Shown: positions 39,207 through 49,945 of the stretch, one piece after another
Layout of the letters: each line of letters opens with the position of its first letter
How positions within the stretch are numbered: the first letter of the stretch is position 1
From: a virus
Taxonomy: Duplodnaviria > Caudoviricetes
IMG/VR virus record: IMGVR_UViG_3300025121_000014
Location: 160,001 to 224,000 of that record
Length of the DNA: 64,000 bases
Strand: one strand, 5' to 3'
Notes under the pieces: model-generated
Told to the model about the DNA's origin: nothing
Seen by the model: only the letters and a program-made list of their open reading frames with translations
Databases searched by the model: none
Position numbers and translations under genes: made by a program

Positions 39207-40496
39207 ATCACCTTCAGTTAAAAATAAATGACATTTTTCAGATTCAACTGTTCCTGCTTTATTTGCATCAACTAATTTATCTACTTTAACTTTTTTAAAT
39301 ACATCTTTATTTAATTCTTTTTGTAATTGAATTTGATCTTTCATCATAGATAATTTAATTAAATCATCTAACATATCAGACTTAGATATTCTTTTAATTA
39401 TAGCATCATTTAATTGAACATCTTTTAATTGTCCATTTAATTTTGATGTTAAATTTTCTTTTGTTTGATTATCAAATACTGGATTTACTATTTTTGAATT
39501 AATAAATATTAAAAATCTATTTTTAATATCATTAGGTCTTATATTAATACCCTTATTAGTTTTAGTTAATAAGTCTTTTACTGCATTAACTACATTACTA
39601 GTTACAAAATTAACATGTGTTCCACCAAAAATTGTTGATATACCATTTACCATACTAACATGTGTAAATAAGTCAGATGGTGATTTAGCAACACCAATTT
39701 CCCAAAAATCATTTATTTTTTCATAAAATATTTCACCATTAGGTTCAATAAATAATTTCATATAATCTCTAAATGATCTTACTGGAATCATTACACCATT
39801 TAAAAATACTTTAACGGTAGGATTATAAGCCGCTATATCAATGACACGTTTTACTAATAATGATTTTGTTTGTTCATCGATAGTAATCATATCAAATTTT
39901 TCAAAATCTGGTTTATATGTTATTTTAGTAAAACTTTTTTTAGATTTTCTTGTGACTGGTTTAGTCATGGATGACATATTTTTAGAAAATTTTTGACGAT
40001 ATACTTTTTTACCATCAGCAGTTTCTACTTCAAACATAGTTGAATAAATATTAGTGAGTTTTGCACCATAACCGTTACGTCCACCTACAAACCGTTCTTC
40101 ATCATCTGAATAATTTTCACCTGTAAGTAAATGACCAAAAACCATTTCTGGAATGTAAATTTTTTCTTTACCGTGAATTTCAACTGGAATCCCAGGTCCA
40201 TCATTTTCAACAGAAATAATTTCTTCATCTATATTAATTTTAATATAAGATACTTGACCTGTTCTTATAGCATGGTCAGATGCATTAGTAATAATTTCAT
40301 CAAATATTTTAATAAAACCTGGATTATAAGTTACTGTCTTATATTCCATTTTAACTTCTTTTATATTATCATAATCAGTAGCAACAAAAATATTTTTAGT
40401 ATCCATTTGTATACTCCCTATATAAGTTTCTGATCGTTTTAAAATATGCTCTTTATGAGTTAATTTCACGTATCTATCTTCAACTTTTTTTACCAT
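38697..40496 (-). CDS. Type IIA topoisomerase, N-terminal ATPase part fused to intein N-fragment
   Basis: HILKRSETYIGS, IFDEIITNASD, ENDGPGIP, GGRNGYGAKLTN and KLVDAN...LFLTEGD|CLYEET. Confidence 0.93.
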   Translation of the reverse strand: MVKKVEDRYVKLTHKEHILKRSETYIGSIQMDTKNIFVATDYDNIKEVKMEYKTVTYNPGFIKIFDEIITNASDHAIRTGQVSYIKINIDEEIISVENDGPGIPVEIHGKEKIYIPEMVFGHLLTGENYSDDEERFVGGRNGYGAKLTNIYSTMFEVETADGKKVYRQKFSKNMSSMTKPVTRKSKKSFTKITYKPDFEKFDMITIDEQTKSLLVKRVIDIAAYNPTVKVFLNGVMIPVRSFRDYMKLFIEPNGEIFYEKINDFWEIGVAKSPSDLFTHVSMVNGISTIFGGTHVNFVTSNVVNAVKDLLTKTNKGINIRPNDIKNRFLIFINSKIVNPVFDNQTKENLTSKLNGQLKDVQLNDAIIKRISKSDMLDDLIKLSMMKDQIQLQKELNKDVFKKVKVDKLVDANKAGTVESEKCHLFLTEGDCLYEETLITILRDSEKLKIKIKDVKLDDVVITHKSNFKLITNITKKIEKSVTINLKNGEILICSENHKWFIYDKIKNDFLFVRTKDIDIKIHKMIINKNINFNGLVKINDIKNIKDDKFNKIIYIDGDEILSTNNHKFSVFNINDNSIIMLECDKIDKNIHFLVDYDKI

Positions 40497-40681
40497 ATTT
40501 TAAAATTCTTGTATTTTTTATTTCATTTCAGTATATATAGTATTTTTCATAGTTTGTTTAACTAATCAAATGAACTATACATTAATTCTAATATTTTTCT
40601 ATATCTACCATAATTACTTATTTTACATTATTATATTTAAAAAGTTTAATATTTCATATATAATATATAATATATAATATT

Positions 40682-41023
40682 ATGAAAATAATTAACAATG
40701 ATATGTTATATTTACAAAATTTTAAAAACTATATTATGAATGAAAATATAAATCAACATACTGATGACGAAAATTATATTACAAAAATTATTAAAAATAT
40801 AGATAAAGATTTTAATATTGTTTTTACTGATAGACAAATAATATTATCTATACAAAATCGATTTAATAGAGATAATCCTGTTTCATTTTCGAAAATGAAA
40901 AAATGTATGGAAAAATTTATAATAATCGAAAAAATATTAAAATATAATAATTTAATAAATTCTGATCCAGATGCTATAGAATTAGATACCTATAGAATTA
41001 AAGCTAAATACACTTTTAATTAA
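40682..41023 (+). CDS. Hypothetical protein with CTS-like N-terminus
   Basis: (M)LYLQNFKNYIMNE; alternative start at 40703; preceded by three tandem ATATATAAT-type motifs. Confidence 0.55.
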   Translation: MKIINNDMLYLQNFKNYIMNENINQHTDDENYITKIIKNIDKDFNIVFTDRQIILSIQNRFNRDNPVSFSKMKKCMEKFIIIEKILKYNNLINSDPDAIELDTYRIKAKYTFN

Positions 41024-41116
41024 ATTCCCTATTTTTAATAATTTATATTTTCCTAATTATAAATAAATTAGGAAAAAGGAGCAAGATTATGATATATGTA
41101 TTTTTATTTTTATTTT

Positions 41117-41163
<47 letters not shown>

Positions 41164-41252
41164 GATTTCAAAGTTTTTTTCAGACTTTATTTTAAATTTT
41201 AAATATATTATACTACTACACTAAAAAATAGGTATAAAATAAAATATAATGT

Positions 41253-41933
41253 ATGGAAAATATAAATGGAAAATTAATAGTTCTTGAATCTTGTGATTCA
41301 GGAGGAAAATCAACCCAAGTAAAAATAATAAAAAATTATTATGAATCTTTAGGAAAAACAATAAAACATTTACATTTTCCTATGTATGGTCACAATCAGT
41401 TTAGTGATATGATAGCAAGATTTCTTAAAGGTGAATTTGGAAGTAACGATGAAGTTGATCCATTATTTGTAGCTAATATTTACGCAATGGATAGGTATTG
41501 TTATAAAGACCAATTGATAAAAGATATAAAAGATTTTGATATTGTATTATTAGATAGATATGTTTTGTCAAATTTAGCATATCAATGTTCAAAAGTAAAA
41601 AGTGATGAAGAAAGAAATAAATTATTTGATTGGATATTAGAATTTGAGTTTGGATTTTTAGATTTACCTTTTCCTGATTTAACAATATATTTTGATTTAC
41701 CAATTGGAACTATAAAAGAAAGATTAAATACTGAAAGAATAGGTGATGATAGAAATTATTTAGATGGTGAGCAAGATATACATGAAAGCGATATATTATT
41801 TCAAGAGAGAGTTAAAAACATTTACTTAATGATGGAAAATGTTTCAAACTATTTTATAATTAAAGCCTATAATGAAGATGGTATATTATCACCAAACGAT
41901 TTATTTAACACATATAAGAACTTATTAAAATGA
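41253..41933 (+). CDS. tmk: Thymidylate (dTMP) kinase
   Basis: LIVLESCDSGGKSTQ P-loop, LHFP.Y, LLDRYVLSNLAYQ and PFPDLTIYFD. Confidence 0.92.
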   Translation: MENINGKLIVLESCDSGGKSTQVKIIKNYYESLGKTIKHLHFPMYGHNQFSDMIARFLKGEFGSNDEVDPLFVANIYAMDRYCYKDQLIKDIKDFDIVLLDRYVLSNLAYQCSKVKSDEERNKLFDWILEFEFGFLDLPFPDLTIYFDLPIGTIKERLNTERIGDDRNYLDGEQDIHESDILFQERVKNIYLMMENVSNYFIIKAYNEDGILSPNDLFNTYKNLLK

Positions 41934-42096
41934 TATTATTAAAAAAAATTCTATGTTTATTACCTCTTTGGGGTGCTTTTTTTATAGCAATTTTTGGATT
42001 ATATGAATGGTATGATAAAAATAAAATATATTATCATTTGTGGTATATACCTACTTCAATAATATTAATTTATTTAATATTTAAATTTTAAATATA

Positions 42097-42780
42097 ATGT
42101 TACACAAAAATTTGTTCTATTTTGATATAGAAACAGTAGGAAAATATAAAGATTTAGAAACATTAAAATCTAATGATGAACGAGGATATAAATTATTTCT
42201 TAAAAAATATAATACTAACTCTTGGTTGCAAGAAAAAGGAACAATTGAAGAATCTTATTTACAATCATCTTCTATTTTATCAGCATTTGGTAAAATAGTA
42301 TGTATATCATTTGGGTATTATACAAATAAAAACGAAATTGGATATACAATAAATTCTCTTTATGGTAATGAAGAAAAAATTATTGTAAAAGAATTTAATA
42401 ATTTATTAAAAAAAGTAGGACAAAAACATATGTTATTATCTGGTTGGAGAATATTATCATTTGATATTCCTTGGATAGTACATAAATTAAATAAATATGA
42501 AATAGTTCCATCTAATTTATTAGATATCTATGGAGTAAAACCTTGGGAAATAAAAGCATTTGATTTAGCTGATGAATGGAAGCAAAAATTTGGTCATTAT
42601 ACGTCATTTGATGAAACTACATATGAATTGGGTATAGATAGTTCAAAAGATGATATAGATGGAAGTAAAGTACACCAAACGTATTGGAATGACCAGGATA
42701 TTAATCGTATTAAAGTTTATTGTGAAAAAGATGTTTTAAAATCAATGCAAGTATCTGAAAAAATGATAGGACATAGGTAA
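42097..42780 (+). CDS. PolB-like 3'-5' exonuclease (stand-alone DEDD)
   Basis: FDIET, GKIVCIS, FDIPWI, KPWE and YCEKDV. Confidence 0.85.
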   Translation: MLHKNLFYFDIETVGKYKDLETLKSNDERGYKLFLKKYNTNSWLQEKGTIEESYLQSSSILSAFGKIVCISFGYYTNKNEIGYTINSLYGNEEKIIVKEFNNLLKKVGQKHMLLSGWRILSFDIPWIVHKLNKYEIVPSNLLDIYGVKPWEIKAFDLADEWKQKFGHYTSFDETTYELGIDSSKDDIDGSKVHQTYWNDQDINRIKVYCEKDVLKSMQVSEKMIGHR

Positions 42781-43422
42781 TTATTCTATATTTTCATCTT
42801 CATCTTCATCTTCATCTCGTTTATTTTTTTTATTAAATGGTTCTATTAAACTTTTAAAACTTTCATAAAGATTATCATGCATTTGCTTACCGATTATATC
42901 ATCATCAAATACAATATTAAAATTTTGAGATATACCTAATTCTCTATTAAGAGAATATAACTGCTGTAATTTATAAACATATTTACTATAATATGCTAAT
43001 TTTTTATATTCGATTTCTGTTAAATTAATAATTACAGCATTATATGACATTATAAAAACTTTCGTTTCATGTTTTATTTGTGTTATTAATTTACCTCTTT
43101 TGTATCTAAATATAAAAGACCACCAAAATTTTCTTCGTAATTTTTTAATTTTATCTTTTGGAGAAGAATTTAATAATATATTTTTCATTTTATCTGATAA
43201 TAAGGGAAAATATTTTTCATTTAATCCTTCTACTATTTTTATTTCATTTTCAATTCTTATAAAAAAGAAATGATTGTTATTCCTAACTACAATAGATTCT
43301 ATTATAGGGCTATCATCTATAGGTGATTCAAATATTATTTCAACATTTCTTTCTTTTAGTATTTTTTTAAATGCTTCTTTCATTTTAACATTTAACTCTA
43401 TATCTAATTCTTTTAAATCCAT
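42781..43422 (-). CDS. Hypothetical protein
   Basis: 213 aa ORF with an acidic tail. Confidence 0.55.
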   Translation of the reverse strand: MDLKELDIELNVKMKEAFKKILKERNVEIIFESPIDDSPIIESIVVRNNNHFFFIRIENEIKIVEGLNEKYFPLLSDKMKNILLNSSPKDKIKKLRRKFWWSFIFRYKRGKLITQIKHETKVFIMSYNAVIINLTEIEYKKLAYYSKYVYKLQQLYSLNRELGISQNFNIVFDDDIIGKQMHDNLYESFKSLIEPFNKKNKRDEDEDEDENIE

Positions 43423-43522
43423 TATATAATTTCTATTTTAATCTATATATAATAGTTATTAAGTTTAATTCGAAATTAAACATTTTACATTTTCTTTAAT
43501 ATAAAAATAAAAACTAATTAAA

Positions 43523-43987
43523 ATGAAAAAGTCAATTGATGATACATATCAAGAATTAGATAATTTATGTGATAATCATTTGGATTATACTGATGAAGAA
43601 TTATCCGAAAAATTAAAAATTATTTACCATATTTTCCCTATACATCATATGAAAATGGAAAATATTGTTGCTAATAGAGTAAAAAAATATTGTGATAAAA
43701 ATAAAATGAAATTAGAAGATTATAAAGGGGTATTACCTTATAGAAAATTTATTATACCCGTAAATAATTTATCTTATAAAGAAGCAAGAAAAAAAATTAA
43801 AAGCCTAATGAAAAATTATGAAGATATGAATATATCATTAGATAATTTAGGTAATCTTGAAATAAATCAAAAAATTGATGACGTTAAACAAATAAAATAT
43901 ACTTACAAAAATGATAAAGGTGATATTAAAGTTAAAGATTTGGATAAATATGAAAAAACTAAAAATAGGAAATGGATAGACGAATAG
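43523..43987 (+). CDS. Hypothetical protein
   Basis: 154 aa ORF downstream of an AAACATTT-N13-ATATA motif. Confidence 0.6.
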   Translation: MKKSIDDTYQELDNLCDNHLDYTDEELSEKLKIIYHIFPIHHMKMENIVANRVKKYCDKNKMKLEDYKGVLPYRKFIIPVNNLSYKEARKKIKSLMKNYEDMNISLDNLGNLEINQKIDDVKQIKYTYKNDKGDIKVKDLDKYEKTKNRKWIDE

Positions 43988-44328
43988 TTAAAAAATGGAA
44001 AGATATAATCGAAAGTTTGTTATTTCCATATGAAATAAATAAAGGTATGATACCTATTATTGCAGAATATTTAGAAGAATGTATAGAAAAAGGAATTGAT
44101 TATCAAAATAAATTAATGGAATTTAAAGGTAAATTATTAGATGATGAAAAATTTAAAATTGATGTAGAAAGAACATATTTTCATAAAACTGAAAATTGTA
44201 TAGTATATGAATTAAGTAATGGGGATAGTGTTTATATAGAAAATAAACCTATTGTTGTTAAAGATAATGAAAATGTAAATTCACTGAACGATTTATTTAA
44301 TTCAGTAATAAACAAAAAAGAAGAATAA
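43972..44328 (+). CDS. Hypothetical protein
   Basis: 118 aa ORF overlapping the previous gene. Confidence 0.55.
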   Translation: MDRRIVKKWKDIIESLLFPYEINKGMIPIIAEYLEECIEKGIDYQNKLMEFKGKLLDDEKFKIDVERTYFHKTENCIVYELSNGDSVYIENKPIVVKDNENVNSLNDLFNSVINKKEE

Positions 44329-44332
44329 AAAT

Positions 44333-44623
44333 ATGAAAACTAATTTACCATTTGCTCTTAAACTTGCTGGGTATGCTACATCATTAGATAATGTTAAAAT
44401 AACACCAGTAAATTTTGATACTGGTGTTAGAACAACTATTAGTACTTTAAATATTTTTGGTTGGAAAAAACGATTACTAAAGAAAGCTATTAAATATATT
44501 AATAATGATATTAACATTTATCCTTATGGTTCTGAAATACAAATATATTCATTCGGTGGATATTTTTATAAAAAATATATTTGGATTAATACAGATTTAA
44601 AATATAACATTGTAATGAAATGA
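44333..44623 (+). CDS. Hypothetical protein
   Basis: 96 aa ORF with an ATGA overlap to the next gene. Confidence 0.55.
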   Translation: MKTNLPFALKLAGYATSLDNVKITPVNFDTGVRTTISTLNIFGWKKRLLKKAIKYINNDINIYPYGSEIQIYSFGGYFYKKYIWINTDLKYNIVMK

Positions 44624-44844
44624 ATATAAAAGATTTAAAAGAATGGTTATCAGAATTACCATTAGAATTTGATGAACACCAATTAGTGTATAGAGAAATA
44701 TCAACTTTAAATGATGATTATTGGGCAGCAAAAGATATACCATTAACAACAAGTGGAATTGATGAAGAAAATAAAGAATGTTATTTTTGTAATGAAAAAT
44801 CCTATTTAACAATGGTAAAACATGACGAAAATAAAAAAAAATAA
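44620..44844 (+). CDS. Hypothetical phage protein
   Basis: 74 aa ORF, MNIKDLKEWLSELP. Confidence 0.6.
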   Translation: MNIKDLKEWLSELPLEFDEHQLVYREISTLNDDYWAAKDIPLTTSGIDEENKECYFCNEKSYLTMVKHDENKKK

Positions 44845-44849
44845 AGACA

Positions 44850-45506
44850 TTAATTAATTATTATTTTTCTTGTTATTCTATCAAAAATTTCTTTTTGTTC
44901 AATTTCAGTAAAACCGTATAAATGAAAAGTATAGTATTTTTCTTCACCTGTCGAATAATCTAGTTCAGGACTTGATGTAGAATAATATGTATCTATCCAA
45001 AACTTTGAATTTGAAGTAGTATAAGCACCATTATATTCTAAAAAATCAACGGATTTTTCAACAACAGTTTGTTCATCATATTTCCAATTATCAGGAATCA
45101 TATTTTCACCTTCTTCATTTTCCCATCCTTGATCTGCATAATCACCATTTTCAGCACTTTCTGGTGTTATTGTTTGATATGTAGTACGGATTATTCTTTC
45201 AGTTAAATTATCAATGTTTTTTTGTATTTCTTCATCTGTTGGTTTAAGTTTATCATTTAAATTATAACGTCTTATTTTATCTATTTTGTCAAGTGGTGAT
45301 AATTTATTAAAATTTATATCCATTAAATCAGCAAGAGCTTTAATAATTTCTTCATCACTTGGTTTAAATTTATCATCTAAATTTTCATCATTAATTTTTT
45401 TTAATCTATCAAGTGTATTTAGATTTAATAAAGCTTTTTCAATATCTGCTTCTGATTTAGGTTTCAATAAATTTTTAATACCTTCATATGTTTTTAGATA
45501 TTTCAT
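44850..45506 (-). CDS. CTS-like / LxPKSExxI family protein with helical repeats
   Basis: MKYLKTYEGIKNLLKPKSEADIEKAL; two LDxIxKI..YxLxDKxKPxDEEI units; DNA shared with 54226-55086. Confidence 0.65.
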   Translation of the reverse strand: MKYLKTYEGIKNLLKPKSEADIEKALLNLNTLDRLKKINDENLDDKFKPSDEEIIKALADLMDINFNKLSPLDKIDKIRRYNLNDKLKPTDEEIQKNIDNLTERIIRTTYQTITPESAENGDYADQGWENEEGENMIPDNWKYDEQTVVEKSVDFLEYNGAYTTSNSKFWIDTYYSTSSPELDYSTGEEKYYTFHLYGFTEIEQKEIFDRITRKIIIN

Positions 45507-45562
45507 ATTTTTAAACTAATTTTATATTATATAATATATATAAAAAATAAACAATAAAAAAT

Positions 45563-46183
45563 ATGAAAAAAGTATCTGTAATAATGGCTAGTTATCTCGG
45601 GTTCTACCCAGGAAGAAATACAAATCCAGATAAAAAATTTATAAGAGCAGTTAATAGTTTTTTAAAACAAACATATGAAAATAAAGAACTTGTAATAATA
45701 GCCGATGGTTGTAAGCAAACAGAAGAAATATATGAAAAATTTTTTAAACAATATGATAATATAAAATTAGTTTCTATACCTAAACAACAAATATATTCAG
45801 GAGAATGTAGAAATGCTGGATTAAACATAGCTACTGGTGAAATAATATCTTATTTAGATAACGATGATGTATTAGGTAAAAAACATTTAGAAACAATTAT
45901 GGAACAATTTACCGATGATGTTGATTTAGTTTATTACGATGATTATCTTGTTATGAGTAAAGATTTTAAAACTTTACAAAAAAGAATAGTTGAAACAAGA
46001 TATGGATCAATAGGAACTTCATCTATTACTCATAAAAATGTAGATTGGATCAGATGGCGTACTGGTTATGGACACGATTGGTTATTTGTGCAAGAATGTA
46101 TTATGAAAGGTATGCAGTTTAAAAAGTTAGAAAAAACACCAGCTTATTTAGTGGCACATTACGGTGGAGGTGGTGATTTTTAA
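45563..46183 (+). CDS. GT2 glycosyltransferase
   Basis: VSVIMASY, IIADG, RNAGL, YLDNDD and GHDW. Confidence 0.88.
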   Translation: MKKVSVIMASYLGFYPGRNTNPDKKFIRAVNSFLKQTYENKELVIIADGCKQTEEIYEKFFKQYDNIKLVSIPKQQIYSGECRNAGLNIATGEIISYLDNDDVLGKKHLETIMEQFTDDVDLVYYDDYLVMSKDFKTLQKRIVETRYGSIGTSSITHKNVDWIRWRTGYGHDWLFVQECIMKGMQFKKLEKTPAYLVAHYGGGGDF

Positions 46184-47047
46184 TTTTTCTAAAATATTAT
46201 CATTATATCTAATCCTAATTAAATGAATATTGTTATTTTTACAATATTCATTTTTTATTTTATCTCGTTTTTGTTGTTCATTAAATTTATTAATACCACC
46301 AAAAAAATCAATAGGTTTATAATGCTGTTCTCCGTCATATTCAATACATATATTTTTTTCAGGTAAATAAAAATCAAAAGATAAAGAAAAAATATTTTTA
46401 CAATCATCAAATTTTTTTTGAGTTTCAAATTTTATATTATTATGTTCTAATATTTTTTTAATTTCTATTTCACCTCTACTTCTACTACATATAGGACAAC
46501 CATTTCCTTGTATGTGATTGTCTGGTCTTACTTTAAATTCACCATGTTCAGAACATATTATAATAATTTTTGTTTTATTATTTGTATAATTCACTTTTGA
46601 GTAGTTATATTTATTATTATGAATTTTATTAGAATTTATTATAAATTCGTCTTTTTTGTTATATTTGCCACTACATATAATACAACCATATCCAGATAAA
46701 TGATCATTAGGTTTTTGTTCAAAATCACCATGTTTTGGACAATTTATAATAACTTTTGTTTTTGCGGTCTTATATACAACTTTATCATAGTTATATTTAT
46801 TATTATGAATTTCGTTAGATTTTTGGATAAAATTTTTAATATTATTTTTACCATTATTAAAACATAGTGGGCAACTAATACCGTTAATATGAATATATGG
46901 ATATTGTTCTATTATTCCATGTGTTGGGCAAATATATTTAATTTTAGTTCTCCTATTAATATAATTTGATATATTATAATCATATTTATCACCATGTTTT
47001 TCTTTTGATTTTTTTATAAATTCTTCTGTTGTTAATTTTTTAGGCAT
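46148..47047 (-). CDS. Putative homing endonuclease (repeated HxxKYxY/Cxx zinc-ribbon units + DUF559-like nuclease)
   Basis: Three FIxKSxxxHxxKYxY..CxxHG..GxxCxxC repeats; FDFYLP...IEYDGEQHY. Confidence 0.8.
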   Translation of the reverse strand: MPKKLTTEEFIKKSKEKHGDKYDYNISNYINRRTKIKYICPTHGIIEQYPYIHINGISCPLCFNNGKNNIKNFIQKSNEIHNNKYNYDKVVYKTAKTKVIINCPKHGDFEQKPNDHLSGYGCIICSGKYNKKDEFIINSNKIHNNKYNYSKVNYTNNKTKIIIICSEHGEFKVRPDNHIQGNGCPICSRSRGEIEIKKILEHNNIKFETQKKFDDCKNIFSLSFDFYLPEKNICIEYDGEQHYKPIDFFGGINKFNEQQKRDKIKNEYCKNNNIHLIRIRYNDNILEKLKITTSTVMCH

Positions 47048-47321
47048 TTTAAATCATTAATTTTTTCTTTTAAAATTCTTTAAATCTAATTATTTAATTC
47101 TTCGTGTAAATTAGATAAAAAATATAGTTTTTAAATAGTATTTTCATACGTTTTTATTTTATATATAGTAATAGTAATATTAAAATTATCAATAAAAAAG
47201 ATAAATAACATAAATCTATTAAGGATAAAATATACAAAATCAAAAAATATAAATGATATATTAAATAAGTGTTTAATAAATTAATATATACATTATAAAA
47301 ATAAAAATAAACATATAACAT

Positions 47322-49943
47322 ATGTCAACACCATTACTGAAATCATTCAAGAGCCGTGGAACCACATTTTATACATTTCCGAGTACTTCAATGGATCCAA
47401 ATCCAAATTTTTCTAAATTTGTGTTATTGCATATACCAGGAAAAGTAGATAATAAAATATTAGATTTTAATAAAACTACAATGTATAGTAATTTTGATAT
47501 ATATACTACTGATATTAATCCAGTTACCTTATATTCTGATCAATTAGTAGAATCTTTAAGAAATTATGTAGCTAATTATGATACAGTTGTAAGAGAAAGT
47601 AGAATATCTACACGTACTGATTTTTATAATATTGCTGAAGATAAAACACCAACAGAAAAAATATTTTGGAAATGGTTACGTAAATTTGGAGCAATTGATT
47701 TTGAACCAGCAGTACATAAAGTAGATTGGGATAAAAATTTAACAGATTTTGATAATCCTAATGCAGATACAGTATCTAATACTGATTATTTCAGAAAATA
47801 TTTATGGAAAGAACGAGAAGCTACATCTTATGCCACATCTACATTAGAATACAAAGGTGATATGTCACCTGAATTAGTTGGAACTAAAATAATAGCGATT
47901 TGGGTAGAATATGTTGCTAAATATAAAGTAGGTGATTATGTAAAATTTACAGAAAATACATTAAATGGTATGAATGGTATTTTATTAGATACTGCATATG
48001 AAGTATTAAAAGTAGATGAATCATCGACATTAACAAAAATTTATATAAATGCAACAACATTTATAGGTACTAGTACCATATTAGTATCAGATGGTGATAT
48101 AACATTAGATTATCAAAGAGTAGTACAATATATAGGTGAAATAAATGCTAAAAGTGAAGTTCATACTTCAACAAAAGACGAGACAGAAGTTATAGCTTAT
48201 ATGTCACATCAGGCAGGAAGAACACCAACAATATTATTTAGTATAGAAGAAGATTTAAATTATTATCCTAGTTTAGAATTACCAATTCTTACTGAAGAAA
48301 TTAAACCAGAAATTAATGGTGCTGAAAATTATACATCACCAATCAGACAAAATCCTAGTGATTATCCAGGGTTATACTATGGTCAATTTGATACAATTAA
48401 TAAAACATATTATAGTAGTGCAGGAGATAAATTGAGATATTCTGGCGATTATTATGGTATAGAATTAAATAGTAATATAGATACTAGTGATGATGATTAT
48501 ATAGAATATTTATCTAATTTCAATTCTAATAATATTGATGGTTTAAATTTAGATTTTGATTTAAATCATTATTTAAAAATGACTATAACAAGTGATGAAG
48601 TTGGGTTTAATTTTGATGAATTTAATCAATTAGTTATTGATGATTTACCACCAGAAGATTTTTCTTTTAATGCAATTTTATGGTATTCAGAAAAAGAAGC
48701 TACCGATGGAAAAATAATAACAAATTTATATGGAATAGAATTTTTAAATAATCCGGATAATGATGATGACTCGGTAAATTCATATATTTATCCTTATGAA
48801 AAATTAGTAAGTACAGAAGAACATGATGGTTTATCTTATCAATATGTACTTAATTTATCAACATCTGTAGATAATGATACGAGTTCATTAGCTTTTGATT
48901 CAATGGCTATTAATAATTTATTTGGATTTGATTTATATTCAAATGTAATGTCTAATGTTGGTAAATTAAACGAACAATTTATCAATATTATAAATGAATT
49001 TCTTAGATTAAATGAAGAATTAAATAGTGTAAAAAGTGTAATATTTACACAAACAGATATAAATTTAATAAAATCCAAATTAAAAAATTTAGAAGAATTA
49101 TTACAATTATATTCACAATATCAATTTATAGATACTGAATCTGTTAAGATTTTAACAGATTTTAGTAGTACATATCCAACAATAGGATTTAATGTAATTG
49201 GTATAGAATATGGTGATATTATTCAATTAACAACATCTCAAATATATAGTACAAGCGCTTCTATAGATACAATGTATCCAATAACAGTACCAGATAATAA
49301 TAAATTATATTTAAGAATAACTAATGATGATGTTATTAATTATCAAAATTTATCTATATTATTTAGTAAAGATTTAATTTATAAGCAAATTATAGAAATA
49401 GAATTAGAAGCAAATGAAGCCTATTATAATAATAATTTAGATTTTTATATTAATTATAATGATGGAAGTGGATTAGGAACAGTAGAAACTGTATTAATGA
49501 ACGATGTATATTTACCATCTGATATTGGAATACTTGTACCAAATGCAAATACATATAATAAAAATAAATATTTATCTGATTCGATTTATCAATATGTAAA
49601 TAGTGTAGAATCATCATTATTTTCAAATTCATATACAACTACATTATATACAAATGGAACAAGTTTATTTGGTAATTCTGTTTATAATGAAAGTGTTTAT
49701 ATTAAAGATTTGAAATTTTTATCAGGCGAGACTATAATCGATTATTCTGGTGTTTATGTTATTGATACAACAAGTTATACAACTGGTTCTACTACAATAG
49801 TATTAGATACTTATGGTTTAACACCTATTGGTATTCCTACAATTTATTCTTATAAAAGACTTAAAATAAAAATTATGAGAATAGATGCATCAACTACATC
49901 TACATTAGCTAATAGATATTTAATTCAAAAAACATTTATATAA
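47322..49943 (+). CDS. Large putative virion structural protein
   Basis: 873 aa, S/T/N/D-rich, with a central coiled coil; upstream of a baseplate-wedge gene; ATATATA motif upstream. Confidence 0.5.
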   Translation: MSTPLLKSFKSRGTTFYTFPSTSMDPNPNFSKFVLLHIPGKVDNKILDFNKTTMYSNFDIYTTDINPVTLYSDQLVESLRNYVANYDTVVRESRISTRTDFYNIAEDKTPTEKIFWKWLRKFGAIDFEPAVHKVDWDKNLTDFDNPNADTVSNTDYFRKYLWKEREATSYATSTLEYKGDMSPELVGTKIIAIWVEYVAKYKVGDYVKFTENTLNGMNGILLDTAYEVLKVDESSTLTKIYINATTFIGTSTILVSDGDITLDYQRVVQYIGEINAKSEVHTSTKDETEVIAYMSHQAGRTPTILFSIEEDLNYYPSLELPILTEEIKPEINGAENYTSPIRQNPSDYPGLYYGQFDTINKTYYSSAGDKLRYSGDYYGIELNSNIDTSDDDYIEYLSNFNSNNIDGLNLDFDLNHYLKMTITSDEVGFNFDEFNQLVIDDLPPEDFSFNAILWYSEKEATDGKIITNLYGIEFLNNPDNDDDSVNSYIYPYEKLVSTEEHDGLSYQYVLNLSTSVDNDTSSLAFDSMAINNLFGFDLYSNVMSNVGKLNEQFINIINEFLRLNEELNSVKSVIFTQTDINLIKSKLKNLEELLQLYSQYQFIDTESVKILTDFSSTYPTIGFNVIGIEYGDIIQLTTSQIYSTSASIDTMYPITVPDNNKLYLRITNDDVINYQNLSILFSKDLIYKQIIEIELEANEAYYNNNLDFYINYNDGSGLGTVETVLMNDVYLPSDIGILVPNANTYNKNKYLSDSIYQYVNSVESSLFSNSYTTTLYTNGTSLFGNSVYNESVYIKDLKFLSGETIIDYSGVYVIDTTSYTTGSTTIVLDTYGLTPIGIPTIYSYKRLKIKIMRIDASTTSTLANRYLIQKTFI

Positions 49944-49945
49944 TT

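Noticed and set aside
41058-41065. T4 late promoter TATAAATA in a hairpin loop
   Set aside because: The octamer is expected by chance in DNA this AT-rich, and other gene starts favour ATATATA instead.
47048-47160. Short minus-strand ORF remnant (MKILFKNYIFYLIYTKN) after an ATATATA motif
   Set aside because: Only 18 codons, with no supporting similarity.
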